A DNA stretch of 62,642 nt, filler included, from Chrysochromulina tobinii (Eukaryota): assembly GCA_001275005.1 (NCBI GenBank). It is 7 parts of 7 records of this genome, joined end to end, with 100 filler letters (N's around TTAATTAATTAA, not from the genome) between each part and the next. Parts side by side here need not be neighbours in the genome. Positions count along the whole stretch, not along the records: positions 1 to 18,809 come from JWZX01001269.1; positions 18,910 to 26,723 come from JWZX01001271.1; 5 more parts are not named here. One strand, given 5' to 3'. The notes beneath the pieces are model-generated. The model saw only the letters and a program-made list of their open reading frames with translations, was not told the DNA's origin and searched no databases. Below are positions 10,249 through 21,006 of the stretch, in pieces (the first letter of the stretch is position 1; every line of letters begins with the position of its first letter). The translations under genes and the position numbers were made by a program.

Positions 10249-13200
10249 TCAGGATGTGGATGAAGGCAAGCGGCGCGCCTTTCTCATGCGAAAGGAGGTG
10301 ACCCAGTAGGCGAGCTTTCGCTCTGCTATCATCCGCCTCGAGGCGAACTCTGGCGGCTTGGCTGACACGAGCTTCTCAACCATGTCCTTCAACGTCGCAT
10401 CGAGCATGTTTTTCGACCAGGTAACGTCGTACGGGACGGAGATGGGGTTGTGCAAGTAGCACGCGAGATCGTAGCCCGCCCGTCGGATGCTGGGGTAGCC
10501 ATTCTCGGCTAGAACGCGGATGGCGCCGGGGTTGACCCGCTCGAGCTCCGCGGGCAGATTCTCGAGAAATGCGACCATCTGCTCATAATTGTAACTGCCG
10601 CTGGGCCGCCCGCTAATGTTGATGGAGATGAGCGGCTTGCCGGCGTCGAGCGCCGTGAGCATCTCAATGAGGCACCATGGTCGAGAGAGCACGCCAGGGG
10701 TGAGGATGACGACTAGGACGTCGGAGAGCCTCACATTGTCACGAAGTTCAGAGAGTGTCTTCAGGTTGTCCGAATCTAGAAAGACCTTCGGGTCTCGATG
10801 AATGATGTGCTCAGTGTCGCACGGCCTTTCCTTGTAGACCCTTTCGATGCCCTCCTTGAAGATGCGAGCCTCTGAGGCGGCTTCATACTTGTAGTGAGAG
10901 AGGAAGGCAATGTACGAGTACGAGCCACGGAGCATGTGGAGCCGCGCGCCAAACTCGGGGTCGAGGGCAGCGTCGATTGGAGTGAGGCCATCGGCAGTCG
11001 TGGCAGCGGGGCCAATGAGCGGCAGCCGCGTCCTTTTGAGCAGCATCTCACAGATCTCGTAATCATGCGCTGACGCCGCAGCATGCATCGGAGTGGCACC
11101 CCTGAGCGAGCACGCGCTGCGCTGGTCGTGCTGTGGAGAGAGCTCACCCAGCCGAATCAAAACGTCGACCATCTCCTTCAAGCCGGTAGCCGCGCTGAAC
11201 ATCATCAATGACCAGCCTGCGAGCTGCGAGCGCAGCGTGAGGAGGCTGCGTGCAAAGTCCCTCGAGGAGGGGGATGCCTGCTGGGCCTGCGCAGGCTCGC
11301 CCATCTCGGCGCCCGAGCTACTAGCGCGCATGCCGTTGGTGCTCTTCGGTTTCGACACGCCGCTGGCATCCCCCTCCTTCGCCGCCATCGCCATCGCCAC
11401 CTGCTTGATCGACACGCCGCTTGCATCCACCTGCTTTTCGAGCAGCGGTGGCAGCACTCCCCGGAGCAGCCCAAGCTCGTAGTCTTCCATATCCAGGTAC
11501 GCGGAGTTGAACGTCGATTTTGTGTGTGTCATGGCCCAAAGGCCAGTCTGCTCCTCGTTGAACACGGATGCGTACGGATCACGATATCCCACACTGTCGT
11601 TCGCGATCGGCCGCTTGCTGCTGCGTGAAACAAACGACTCCTCGCGCCGCGCGGCCACTTTTTGGCGGATCTCGGCGGCAAGCCGAGTGAGCGCAGCCAG
11701 GACTGCGTTCGCAGCGAGCTTGTGTAGCGGGTCCGTGGTGGACAGCCAACGCTCGTGCGAGTTCGCCACCTCCTCAACAACAAGCTCGTGAAACGAGATC
11801 GGCTTGGAAGCACAGAGCATCCACGCAGCAGCGCCGGTCAGCTCTGCCTCCATGGATGTGCTTGGCTTTGTCGGCTGCATCTCGACGGACTTGAGGACTG
11901 AGACCTCGTCTTCCGTGTCAAGGGCTGCAAAAACCAGCTGCGCCAGCATCATGAATTGGTACACGCGGCTCATCTGCACGGTTTGCCGGGTTTGGCTGTT
12001 ACGAAAAGCGATTCGCATGCAGTGGCGACACTCGTGCGCCCGCTGGAGGGGGGTATACCCAAGCGCGTCCTTCTGGGCGAGCATCGCGCGAAGCTCCGCG
12101 AGAGGCAGCTCTTTCGAGCCGATGGGCGGAATGTACTTGATCGAGCCGCGCATCACCGCGATGTGAAGCACATTCTGGCGGAGGAAATTGGCATCGGAGA
12201 GCACGTCGTGGGCACCGGGGGCAGGGAGCCTGCCATCGTCGGCCCTGTCCAATGCTGGCACCGTGCCCGACGCATCCATGGACGCGTCCATGCTTGACAG
12301 ATCCCCTGGGCGCAGCTGCATTACTTGATCGGCCACATCGCCCATCTCGTAGCGAAGGACGGTCAGTAGCTCGTCACGATCGCCACCGAGCTGACCGCCG
12401 GGCTCGAGGGCACAGAGCTGGCCCGCGCCGTAAGCCCAGAGCATCGATTGCGTTGTCGTGAGCCGATGGCACCAGCCGGCCGCAAAGCCAGCGAAGAAGG
12501 CATCGCCCGCACCGATGACGTCTCGCTTGATCGAAGGCGACTGAGTCAGGTAACGATGTGGCATCCGGAGCACACGGTCCTCGTGGCGGAGTGTTGGGCT
12601 GGCCTCTTCGGGCGGGTGGCTCACACGCGCGCGGCGCGGCGGCGAGCGCGTGCGCGCTCGGAGGACGACGCCAAGCTCAGCACGCACAATGCAGATGGTG
12701 AGGCCAGGAAAGGTGTTCAGCAACTCATCAGAGACCTCTTCCGCATCCGCGACGGTGATGATTGAACGCGGCAGGCCCAAGAGGACCGAGGCCTCCGTCG
12801 TGGTCAAGTATGCCATGTGCACCGAACCTTCCCGGAGGAAGTCGTTCACTTGCGGCGCATTGATAGAGTCCAGGGGAGAGAGTTTGAGAGCGACGAAAAT
12901 GCCAGCACGGCGCGCGTTGGCGGCGAGCTTGCGCATGGAACCCATATCCACCTCGAGCTGCATCAATAACATCTTGACGGCCGAGGGGCCGTGGAGCAGC
13001 TTGATCGCCGCATTCACCTCCCGGTCGGACACACTCATGTTGGCGCCGAGACAACAGACTGTCACCTTCTTACCAGTGTGTTGCCCGATAATCTGCACTG
13101 CGACGCCCGTTGCCTGCTCCTCCGCGCCAACATCTATCGATAGACAGCCCTCTCGCGTGACCCTGTGCAAAAAGTCTTTGATGGTCGTAGCAAGGCCGTC

Positions 13201-14763
13201 GTTACCCACACAGCCGATCAAATGCGTCGTCACCCCGAGTCGAGCGCATGCGACCGCCTGGTTGAGGCCCTTGCCCCCAGGGAGCGCCGAGAACTCGCCC
13301 AGAAACGAGTTGCTGTTGGACTCAAGAACGTCGCTGGTTGAGGTATCGCGATGCGTCGCTTTCAGATCCATGTTGAGTGAGCCGAAGACGAGTGCCGGCA
13401 CCGAGCCGGTTGTGTGACTCTTCCGCTTCAGAATTGCACGCGCGATGCAGCCGCGCGCGGCGCTCTGTATATAGGTCGCCGCCGCGGCGAGCGCAGTCTT
13501 CGCCGTATGCACGAGAGGAACGTTAGAATCCAGAAGATTGGCGAGGTCATCGACGAGTGACGCCTCATCGAGCGTGAGCACGGAGTAGGTGAGCATCGCG
13601 ATGAAGACAATCTCCAATCGCTTCCCTTCCTCGTACATGCGATCACGGTAGGCGAGTAGAGGTTTGTGAAGGGCCTGCGTGAGTTGCTTGTGTTTTCGAA
13701 GACTCGTGAAGAGCTGCTCGAGCTCGAGCGTAAGTTCATCGCTGCTCGGCGTCGCGCTGCCACCGAGGGCGCCGGCGGCGCCCGCTGTGGCGCCCGCTAC
13801 GGGGCCTGCAAAAGCGCCCGCACTATCAACGCCCACCTCGATGCGCTCGTTGGCCACGCCCGCCTCGCGGTGCTCCACCGCCCGCAGGCCATTGTAGGAT
13901 CGTGGGTGGGCCTCGTCGAAGGTAGCCCTGCCTTTCGCCTCCATCGCGACGGGTAGCTCTTGCGCCTTAGCGGCCGGCTCTCGAGCCTCCTCCTCCTCCG
14001 CCGCCGCCGCCTCGGCCTTTGCCTCAGCCGTGGCCTCGCTGACGCCACTCGCATTGTGTTGAACACGCTCACGCCACTCAGCGCTCGCAGCTCGCTGCAT
14101 CTTTAATTCTGCTATCGTCGCCGCAGCCGTCGCCGCCGAGGCAGTGAGCTGCTCAAACTCTTCCTGCTTTCGCTCGAGCTGCTCCTGAAGCTCCTTGTTT
14201 TGCGCCTCGAGGGCGACGGCGCGCGCCTTGGCACTCTTCAGCTCCATCTCTCGCTGCACGTGTGCTCGATGCTCGGCGCCCTCGTCTTCGACCACTGGTC
14301 GCAATGTCTCAATCTTTGCCGGCGAGAGAGGTCTGCACACAGGAAGCCAGTCGGAAGGCATCGAAGGTGAACTCGACGAAGATATCGCAGTACGTATGCC
14401 GCTCGAGGAGCATGCCGCCGCCCTCTGCTGTGGGAACAACTGCTGTGGGAACTCCTTCTCTGGCACGGCATTGAACGACCGTGCTTGGGGTGGCAACAGC
14501 GAGCACGCTGGTTGCGAGTGAGACGGAAAAGAGCGCGTGCGAACCGTCAAATCGACGGGCTCTGCCGGCGCGTGGCGCGCGAGACGCTTAGTCCGCAGCG
14601 CCTGGATGACCTCGTCGCAAGCGTCCAACTCTTGCTGGCAGCGAGAAAGCTCCGAGGTGAGCAGCTCGGTCACTTGCGGCGGCATGTGCCAAGACTGCGA
14701 AAGGGTCACGCCGCTCTCTCCGCAAATGAGCAATCCTGATACCAAAAACGGCAACTTTCCCAT
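10249..14763 (-). CDS. Multidomain protein: coiled coil - IQ motif - PfkB/ribokinase-like kinase - ankyrin repeats - TIR domain
   Basis: IQ: IQSAARGCIAR. PfkB: VFGSLNMDL, GGKGLNQAVACARLG, IGCVGNDG, DVIGAGDAFFAG. Ankyrin: GYTPLQRA, GATPMHAAA, GLTPIDAA. TIR: AFLSHYK, VFLDSDNL, SDVLVVILTPGVLSRPWCLIE. The true start and 5' introns are uncertain. Confidence 0.85.
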   Translation of the reverse strand: MGKLPFLVSGLLICGESGVTLSQSWHMPPQVTELLTSELSRCQQELDACDEVIQALRTKRLARHAPAEPVDLTVRTRSFPSHSQPACSLLPPQARSFNAVPEKEFPQQLFPQQRAAACSSSGIRTAISSSSSPSMPSDWLPVCRPLSPAKIETLRPVVEDEGAEHRAHVQREMELKSAKARAVALEAQNKELQEQLERKQEEFEQLTASAATAAATIAELKMQRAASAEWRERVQHNASGVSEATAEAKAEAAAAEEEEAREPAAKAQELPVAMEAKGRATFDEAHPRSYNGLRAVEHREAGVANERIEVGVDSAGAFAGPVAGATAGAAGALGGSATPSSDELTLELEQLFTSLRKHKQLTQALHKPLLAYRDRMYEEGKRLEIVFIAMLTYSVLTLDEASLVDDLANLLDSNVPLVHTAKTALAAAATYIQSAARGCIARAILKRKSHTTGSVPALVFGSLNMDLKATHRDTSTSDVLESNSNSFLGEFSALPGGKGLNQAVACARLGVTTHLIGCVGNDGLATTIKDFLHRVTREGCLSIDVGAEEQATGVAVQIIGQHTGKKVTVCCLGANMSVSDREVNAAIKLLHGPSAVKMLLMQLEVDMGSMRKLAANARRAGIFVALKLSPLDSINAPQVNDFLREGSVHMAYLTTTEASVLLGLPRSIITVADAEEVSDELLNTFPGLTICIVRAELGVVLRARTRSPPRRARVSHPPEEASPTLRHEDRVLRMPHRYLTQSPSIKRDVIGAGDAFFAGFAAGWCHRLTTTQSMLWAYGAGQLCALEPGGQLGGDRDELLTVLRYEMGDVADQVMQLRPGDLSSMDASMDASGTVPALDRADDGRLPAPGAHDVLSDANFLRQNVLHIAVMRGSIKYIPPIGSKELPLAELRAMLAQKDALGYTPLQRAHECRHCMRIAFRNSQTRQTVQMSRVYQFMMLAQLVFAALDTEDEVSVLKSVEMQPTKPSTSMEAELTGAAAWMLCASKPISFHELVVEEVANSHERWLSTTDPLHKLAANAVLAALTRLAAEIRQKVAARREESFVSRSSKRPIANDSVGYRDPYASVFNEEQTGLWAMTHTKSTFNSAYLDMEDYELGLLRGVLPPLLEKQVDASGVSIKQVAMAMAAKEGDASGVSKPKSTNGMRASSSGAEMGEPAQAQQASPSSRDFARSLLTLRSQLAGWSLMMFSAATGLKEMVDVLIRLGELSPQHDQRSACSLRGATPMHAAASAHDYEICEMLLKRTRLPLIGPAATTADGLTPIDAALDPEFGARLHMLRGSYSYIAFLSHYKYEAASEARIFKEGIERVYKERPCDTEHIIHRDPKVFLDSDNLKTLSELRDNVRLSDVLVVILTPGVLSRPWCLIEMLTALDAGKPLISINISGRPSGSYNYEQMVAFLENLPAELERVNPGAIRVLAENGYPSIRRAGYDLACYLHNPISVPYDVTWSKNMLDATLKDMVEKLVSAKPPEFASRRMIAERKLAYWVTSFRMRKARRLPSSTS

Positions 14764-14961
14764 GTTTCAAAGTCTTTGAACCGGTTGGATTAGAGCACCG
14801 TCACAGACATGCGGACCTCTTCCCCGAAGAAAACTCCGTGTTAGAAGTCTCACAGACACACTTTCACATTCATACGGAAGTCTGTGATGGGCGGTCGGCG
14901 GCGAGTCTGCGCCACTCCAGTGAGAGTCTCCACGGGACCGGTGGTTGTGCGTCTTGCGTGA

Positions 14962-15751
14962 ATGGGCGACCGGCGAGCCCTCGTCCTCCTGCGCCACGGC
15001 ACTCCACTCGAGGAGGCAGTGGATCCCGCACGGCATCTTTCAGACGCGGGCAAGGCGCAGGCTGCTTTCGCTGCCAACGGACTGTGCGCATACTTGGAGT
15101 TGCCCTCCACCTTCGTGCCCATGGCATACGGCGAACCTTGTCCTGTGGCAATCTTTCACTCGGGGAAGGAGCGCGCCGCTCAGACCGCAAAGATTGTCAA
15201 CGACGGGCTCTCTGCTGCAAAATGCGAGACGACACTCACTGAGTGCGTTGCAGCGGCCTCAAACACTTCTGCCATCCCCACTGCCACGTCGGCTGAGTCT
15301 CACTGTACCACATTCCAGGAATGTTGCTGCACTCAAGCCCGACGCCGCTCCAGATGCGGCACTCGCCCTCGTCGCCGCCACTTCGACACCTCTCACCGTT
15401 CTCGTAGGGCACTTGCCAAACCTGCACCAGATTGCAACCAATTTGGGGATTGTCATAGGCGCAGACGCATTCGCACCCTGTGGTGGTGTTGTTCTCGAAG
15501 CAAACGGCAACGGCGGATGGATGCTTGCCCACCACATCGTCCCGGAGCAGGAGAAGAAGGACTGGTGGCGCCACGGCGTAAGCGTGCACATTCGCGCGGA
15601 TGAAACGGGCTGCGAAGACGTCGAACCTGTGACGCAGACGGCTGGCCACAAGTGCCCTTGCACAGAGTGCACCTGCGGTCCCGACTGCAAGTGTGCACCG
15701 GGCCAGCCGGGATGCGACCCTTGCTGCGCGTGGCAGAAGGCCAAGAGCTAG
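14962..15751 (+). CDS. SixA-like phosphohistidine phosphatase with a C-terminal metallothionein-like Cys-rich tail (intron 15243-15318)
   Basis: LLRHG, RHLSDAGKAQA, IFHSGKERAAQTA, LKPDAAP and LVGHLP are joined by an in-phase GT-AG intron. Tail: KCPCTECTCGPDCKCAPGQPGCDPCC. Confidence 0.85.
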
Positions 15752-16531
15752 AGAAATCACTAGTGGGCACCTCACGTCGATGGGCATTCCCATGGTACAT
15801 GGAAGGCCCACGGAAAAGGCCGCTCGTTTGGACTGTGGAGCGGTCGGGAGAACTTCATGGTCGACGTGTAGCGACGGTTTTGGGGGGGAGGTCGCGGCAC
15901 TGATGCTCAACGTACTGGTACATGTATCAACGCTTCAACGGTAAAGACGACAACAATGGAGGCTCCAAATTTCGTTTTCTGCCCTTGGTAAGTTTGGTTG
16001 CGATCTTCGGATTCTCCTGTGGCGTGCGGTGGGGGCCATGGTCCCCTATTCAGCATTCACGCGTGCATTTCATTGCTTTTGACCGGCAATGAAAACTTAT
16101 TCGGATTCGCGGATGCGACATTTGATAATTCGGTATGCGTGTCAGACGAACCCATGGACCCCGCCCTCTTCTTCCGTTCCGCCGCCCGCCCGGCCCGCGC
16201 CGCCGCCGGCCAGGTTCCCCCTAGAATCCGTAGAAAGTTTACAACCCAGAGCAGCCCCAGGGGTGGGCCCTGATGAAAGGGACACCATGAGACACTCTGA
16301 ACATGCTCAATCACTCCACTCGATTGCTCTCTGCTCTGGGCGGCGCGGTACGGAAGGTGGTAGGTGCCCCGGGCGGGGCATGGCGCATGCACAGTGTTCA
16401 GGTGTTCTCGCACTGGTGTGCCCGGGGACTGTGGGCATCTCAGCCTCCGGGCACCGTCTCCGGGCACACCAAGGGCGGCGTGCACAGTCCCCGGAGCTCC
16501 CGGGACGTTCATTGGGCGTCGCCGCCAAGGG

Positions 16532-16591
16532 GTCGCCGCCGCGTCGCCGCCGCGTCGCCGCCGCGTCGCCGCCGCGTCGCCGCCGCGTCGC
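16532..16591. repeat. 11-bp tandem repeat (GTCGCCGCCGC)n
   Basis: About five consecutive copies are visible. Confidence 0.8.
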
Positions 16592-16903
16592 GGCCTTGAC
16601 GCCCCTCTCCATGTGGCAGGAGGAGGCACCACTGCTGCCGGGCGTCGCCTTTCGCGTCGCCTCTCGGAGGCGTGAGGCTCCTCTCGGAGGCGTGAGGCTC
16701 CGCTCATCTACAGTTCACCGATTCTGAGGCGATCTGCAATAATATCTCCCGGGCTGTGAATTTTCATCAGACCGCGCTGCGCTGCGCTGTTCCTGGTACA
16801 TGCCAGACAATCGTGAGCGCTCGATCGCACGCTTTCGCGCACTGCCGGCAGCCCACAGGGTGTTTCTGGGAACCGTCGGCATCCTCTTGAGCTCATTCGG
16901 CCT

Positions 16904-18649
16904 ATGGTATACGGACAGAGTAGAAGCGCAGCGGCCGCCGGCACGGCTTCCACCACCCGGCCGCAGCAGCTATTGAGTCCAAGGCTCTCGACGCTGCTGC
17001 TGCTGCAAGTGTCGGGTGCAGCCTCGGGTGTGCTGCCGTTGTCCACATGCCACCCGACGCCCCTGCGCGTGCCGCAGCCCGTCCGCCTGTGCGCCACCGC
17101 CGCCGCAGCGCCACCGAGCATACCTGCCGCCATGCCCTCCTCCTCCGTGTGGGTGGCCTCGCTCGGCGACGGCGTGCACGGCGCGGAGGCGGCCGCGGCC
17201 GTGTACGCAGCCTTCGCCGAGCTTGCTGCATCGGCCGAGTTTGCGACGGAGACTTGGGCAAGACGGCCGATGCTGCGCCGCGATGTGCCGGGCGTCGCGC
17301 GCTCGTTCACGCTCGAGCATCTAGCTGCGGCGGTCGACGGCGACTTCTTAGATGCGGGCCGGGGCATCGCCGAGGATCTGGGCGACGGCGGCTGGAAGAT
17401 GGCGGCCGTCTCGCAGCCGCGCGGCTCCTCGTTCGAGGACGCCAAGATGCGCTATGTCGACGTGCAGAAGGCGATGGAGGATGGGACAGTGGTGTTCAAC
17501 TCGGCGGGTGCGCACATCTCGCGCCTGGGTAGCATGTGCCTAGCGGCGCTCGACGCCTTCGGGCTGCCCAACTGCCTCAACCTGTACGTGACCGCCAAGG
17601 GGTGCGCCACCTCGGCGCCGCCGCACACGGACAAGCAGGACGTCTTCGTCTTGCAGAGTGGCGGTGCCAAGCGTTGGAGAGTATACACACCGCCGCCGCC
17701 TGACGCGAAGCCGCACGCCGATCCGCTGGCAAGGGGCAAGGCGCACGATGCGCTGCGGCTCGACGAGCTGGCGGCGCCGCTGCTCGACGTAGTCCTTCGG
17801 CCGGGCGACATGCTCTACGTACCCGCCGGCTTTCCCCACACGACGGACACCGTCCACACCGCGGCGGCGGGGGCTGCGGCTGATGAAGACTCAATCCATC
17901 TGACGATCGGGCTGGACACGCACATCTGGGGGCTCGATTACGCGGGGCTGCGCCGCGGCGCGCTCGCGCGCCTGGGGCTGCCTGATGCGCTCACCGAGAC
18001 GGCGCTCGGAGCACGCCTCTACTGGCGCCTCATTGGTGTCCCCGCTTGCCTCGGATTCCTACGCGGACACGTGGCCGGTCATGTCGCAGCGCCGCCATCG
18101 GAGGCGGCGGTGCCGTCCGAGGCGGCGGATCCGGCGGAGCGCGCGGCCGCCGTACGGGCGGCCGTGGTGGCGGAGCTTGTCGCGTGCGCGCGCGCGGCCG
18201 AACCGTTTCGGTGGGGGACCGATGCGGACGATGCCAAAGTGGGCGCGGCGCTCGAGGCGGAGGCAGTCGCGGCCCAATGCGAGCGGCACGCTGCACGAGT
18301 GCTCGAGGTGCAGCGCGCCATGTACCTCGACGCGGCGCGCGACGTGCGCCCGAGCGCGCCGGGCATGCCGCGGGTCTCCCTCTTCCGCGTGCGTGAGCAC
18401 TTGGCCCGGCTCGAGAAGGCCATGGAGGCTCATCTTGAGTGGTACGGACCCGAGGCGGTCGCAAGGGCGCGCGCCGCGGCCGAGGCGGCCGCCGCGTCGC
18501 TGCCGGGGCGGGCGGCGAGTGCGGCGGCGGGCAAACCGAAGAAGGGCATGGCCAAGGCGGGTGGTGGCGGCAGCGGCATGGCCGCGGGAGGGTTCGGAGG
18601 AGGAGTAGGGTCTGTAGGGGGCGGCGGTGCGAAGAAGAAGAAGCGATGA
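16904..18649 (+). CDS. JmjC/cupin_4 2-oxoglutarate oxygenase of the NO66/MINA/YcfD ribosomal-oxygenase type
   Basis: NLYVT, APPHTDKQDVFVLQSGGAKRWRVY and LRPGDMLYVPAGFPH (HxD...H iron triad). Confidence 0.9.
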   Translation: MVYGQSRSAAAAGTASTTRPQQLLSPRLSTLLLLQVSGAASGVLPLSTCHPTPLRVPQPVRLCATAAAAPPSIPAAMPSSSVWVASLGDGVHGAEAAAAVYAAFAELAASAEFATETWARRPMLRRDVPGVARSFTLEHLAAAVDGDFLDAGRGIAEDLGDGGWKMAAVSQPRGSSFEDAKMRYVDVQKAMEDGTVVFNSAGAHISRLGSMCLAALDAFGLPNCLNLYVTAKGCATSAPPHTDKQDVFVLQSGGAKRWRVYTPPPPDAKPHADPLARGKAHDALRLDELAAPLLDVVLRPGDMLYVPAGFPHTTDTVHTAAAGAAADEDSIHLTIGLDTHIWGLDYAGLRRGALARLGLPDALTETALGARLYWRLIGVPACLGFLRGHVAGHVAAPPSEAAVPSEAADPAERAAAVRAAVVAELVACARAAEPFRWGTDADDAKVGAALEAEAVAAQCERHAARVLEVQRAMYLDAARDVRPSAPGMPRVSLFRVREHLARLEKAMEAHLEWYGPEAVARARAAAEAAAASLPGRAASAAAGKPKKGMAKAGGGGSGMAAGGFGGGVGSVGGGGAKKKKR

Positions 18650-18809
18650 CCGCGACGCACGCGCGTGACACGTATGCTGCCATGCTTTATGGGAAGCCGT
18701 AGATCAGATTTTAACTAAATGAACTTGCACGCATCCGTTAACGAAACAAACCAACACGGCGCCAGATCGTGCGGCGCGCGCAACAGCGCCGACGAGTGGG
18801 GCAAGCGGG

Positions 18810-18909
18810 NNNNNNNNNNNNNNNNNNNNNNNNNNNNNNNNNNNNNNNNNNNNTTAATTAATTAANNNNNNNNNNNNNNNNNNNNNNNNNNNNNNNNNNN
18901 NNNNNNNNN
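18810..18909. other. Assembly gap linker (N44-TTAATTAATTAA-N44)
   Basis: The same 100-nt linker occurs at 26724-26823, 31724-31823, 48639-48738, 52104-52203 and 59632-59731; the 12-mer puts stops in all six frames. Confidence 0.97.
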
Positions 18910-19079
18910 GGTGAAGACTACCAAGCAGTTGTGCCTGAGGGCACGCTCGAATCGGCTCAGGCTACCGGTAAGGCTCCGACGGAGGAGGACGATCGTGGGG
19001 ACCTGTTGGTAGAGCGCTACGGCGTGCCCGCGAGGGCGGTGGCGGGGGGGGGGACGAGGCGGCCGCGCCGGAGGGCAGC

Positions 19080-20739
19080 TTGACGCCCTCGATCCAACTC
19101 TCAAACGAGTCGTCGGGTTCGTGGGTGGGTGCCTCGGGGCCAATCTCGGGGCCAATCTCGGGGCCAATCTCCCTTGATGACCTTGATGACAAGCAGCGCT
19201 TCGAGTTACGCGAGGCGCTGTCGACGTCTTCCGAGCTCTGCATGCCGCTGACCAAGCCGCAGGCCTCCATTCCCGAAGAGAGGCTGCGAGGGCCGCGCCG
19301 TCTACCGACTGACCCTCCACCTCAGCCCGGAGATCTAATGGAACTCTATTACGACGAGCCGGCCGGCTGCTGGTGCGAAGTGGTGGTGGTGCGCCTCGCG
19401 GAGAAGGTGAGCGCCATTGCGGGCGCGGACGAGGGCAGCACGGACGGCGGCGGCGGCAACAGCGGCAACAGCGGCAGCAGCGGCGATGGTGGCAGCAGCA
19501 GCAGTCCCCTGTTGGACACCCCAACCGTGCTGGTGCGCCACGCTGTCGACGGGACGGAAGAATGGGTCTGCGCCGACCATCTACGCCCTCGCCCACCAGC
19601 CGCACCCCACGACTTGCCATGGCTGGCCAAGCTGACGAAGACCGAATTGCTTGACTTGCGGTACGAAGGCAGTTGGTGGGAGGTACAACTCTTGAGCCGC
19701 GAGGCGAAGACCGAACGTCTGCAGGTGGGTCGTCCAGAACCCCTCCCACATTCGGGCGCTCCTCTGATTGCGCCTGATGAGCCCTCTGAGGACGAGATCG
19801 TATCTCGCCTGATTGCAGGTGCTCCTCCAGAATCCGTCCAAAATTCGCGTCGTAGCGGTGCGATATGGCAAGGTGCACGAGGTGTCACCGGCCGACCTTC
19901 GCCCATGGTGGCAGCGTGATGACGCCGGTGATTGGGTGTTCACGCTCGCGAAGCGAGCTCGTACGCTTGACCAGTGGCGAGCGACGCTCATGTTCGCGCA
20001 GCTCAAGATCCGAATGGCGTACCGCGTTTGTGGGCGCAACGGGTGCACTCTGATCAACGTGGGCGGGTATGCGCACCCGGGCTTGTGCCGGCCACCCGTG
20101 CCCACCGGCAGCAAGCGGCCGCGTGAGCCCGCACAGCCGTTCCGGCTGCAGCAGGAGTCTTCGCCAAGAAGCAGCGAGGAGCGTACACGCCGGCCTCCGG
20201 CGCAAGAAGAAGCGAGGAGCGGCGCAAGCGGCCGGCGGCACCATGGCAAGAAGAAGCAGCGAGGAGCGTACACGCCGGCCCCCGGCAAGGCCTTGGACGC
20301 AGACGAGAGCGACCCCGAGGCCGAGAGGTGGTGCGCGGTCTGCCACGACGGCGCCTGGAATGAGCCTGGCTTCAATCTCCGGGGCGAGTGGATCGAGGGG
20401 AATTGGATTTTATTTTGTGACGGGGAGCAGCGCTACGGGTGCAAGAATGCATACCACACGCTTTGCCTTGAGCCGCCGCTGCTTGCAGTGCCCGAAGGCG
20501 ATTGGTTCTGCCCGGTGTGTGTGGCCCGGCAGGCGGCGATGGCGCCTGCGATGGCGCCCGCGATGACGTCTGCGATGGCGCCCGCGACGGACGTGGCGTT
20601 GGCGATGGACGACCAGGACGTCGAGGAGTGGACAGCGGCGATGGACGACCACGACCTCGAGGAGAGTGAGGGCAGTGTCCCCTTCTCAGCGCACCCAGGG
20701 GCCCCTCTTCCCGCGTGGCGCATCGAAGAAGTGGACTAA
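19080..20739 (+). CDS. Tudor/Agenet-like plus PHD-finger chromatin protein, 5' end probably lost in the gap (intron 19725-19818)
   Basis: Agenet/Tudor-like [15 protein letters not shown] and [13 protein letters not shown]4HC3 PHD finger CAVC...[35 protein letters not shown] intron joins the two ORFs ([10 protein letters not shown]). Confidence 0.8.
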
Positions 20740-21006
20740 TGCCAGGGAGCCCGCAAGTAGGTCTGTCGCTCAGGTGGAGAAGATCACACTTCGCAGCGGC
20801 GTTAACAATTCGTACCGCTCATAGATAAGGGTAAACAATCGAATTGTCGATCAGTACGATCACCCACCCTATAAGGATCGAATATATCGCCGATTCATGG
20901 CATCATGCGATCATGGGGTCCCGCGCTCCCGCCTACGCCACGGCTGTACACGCGATCTATCTCTCAGTATCCAGTGCCACGGCCTTCTGTTACGTGGATC
21001 CTCTGC

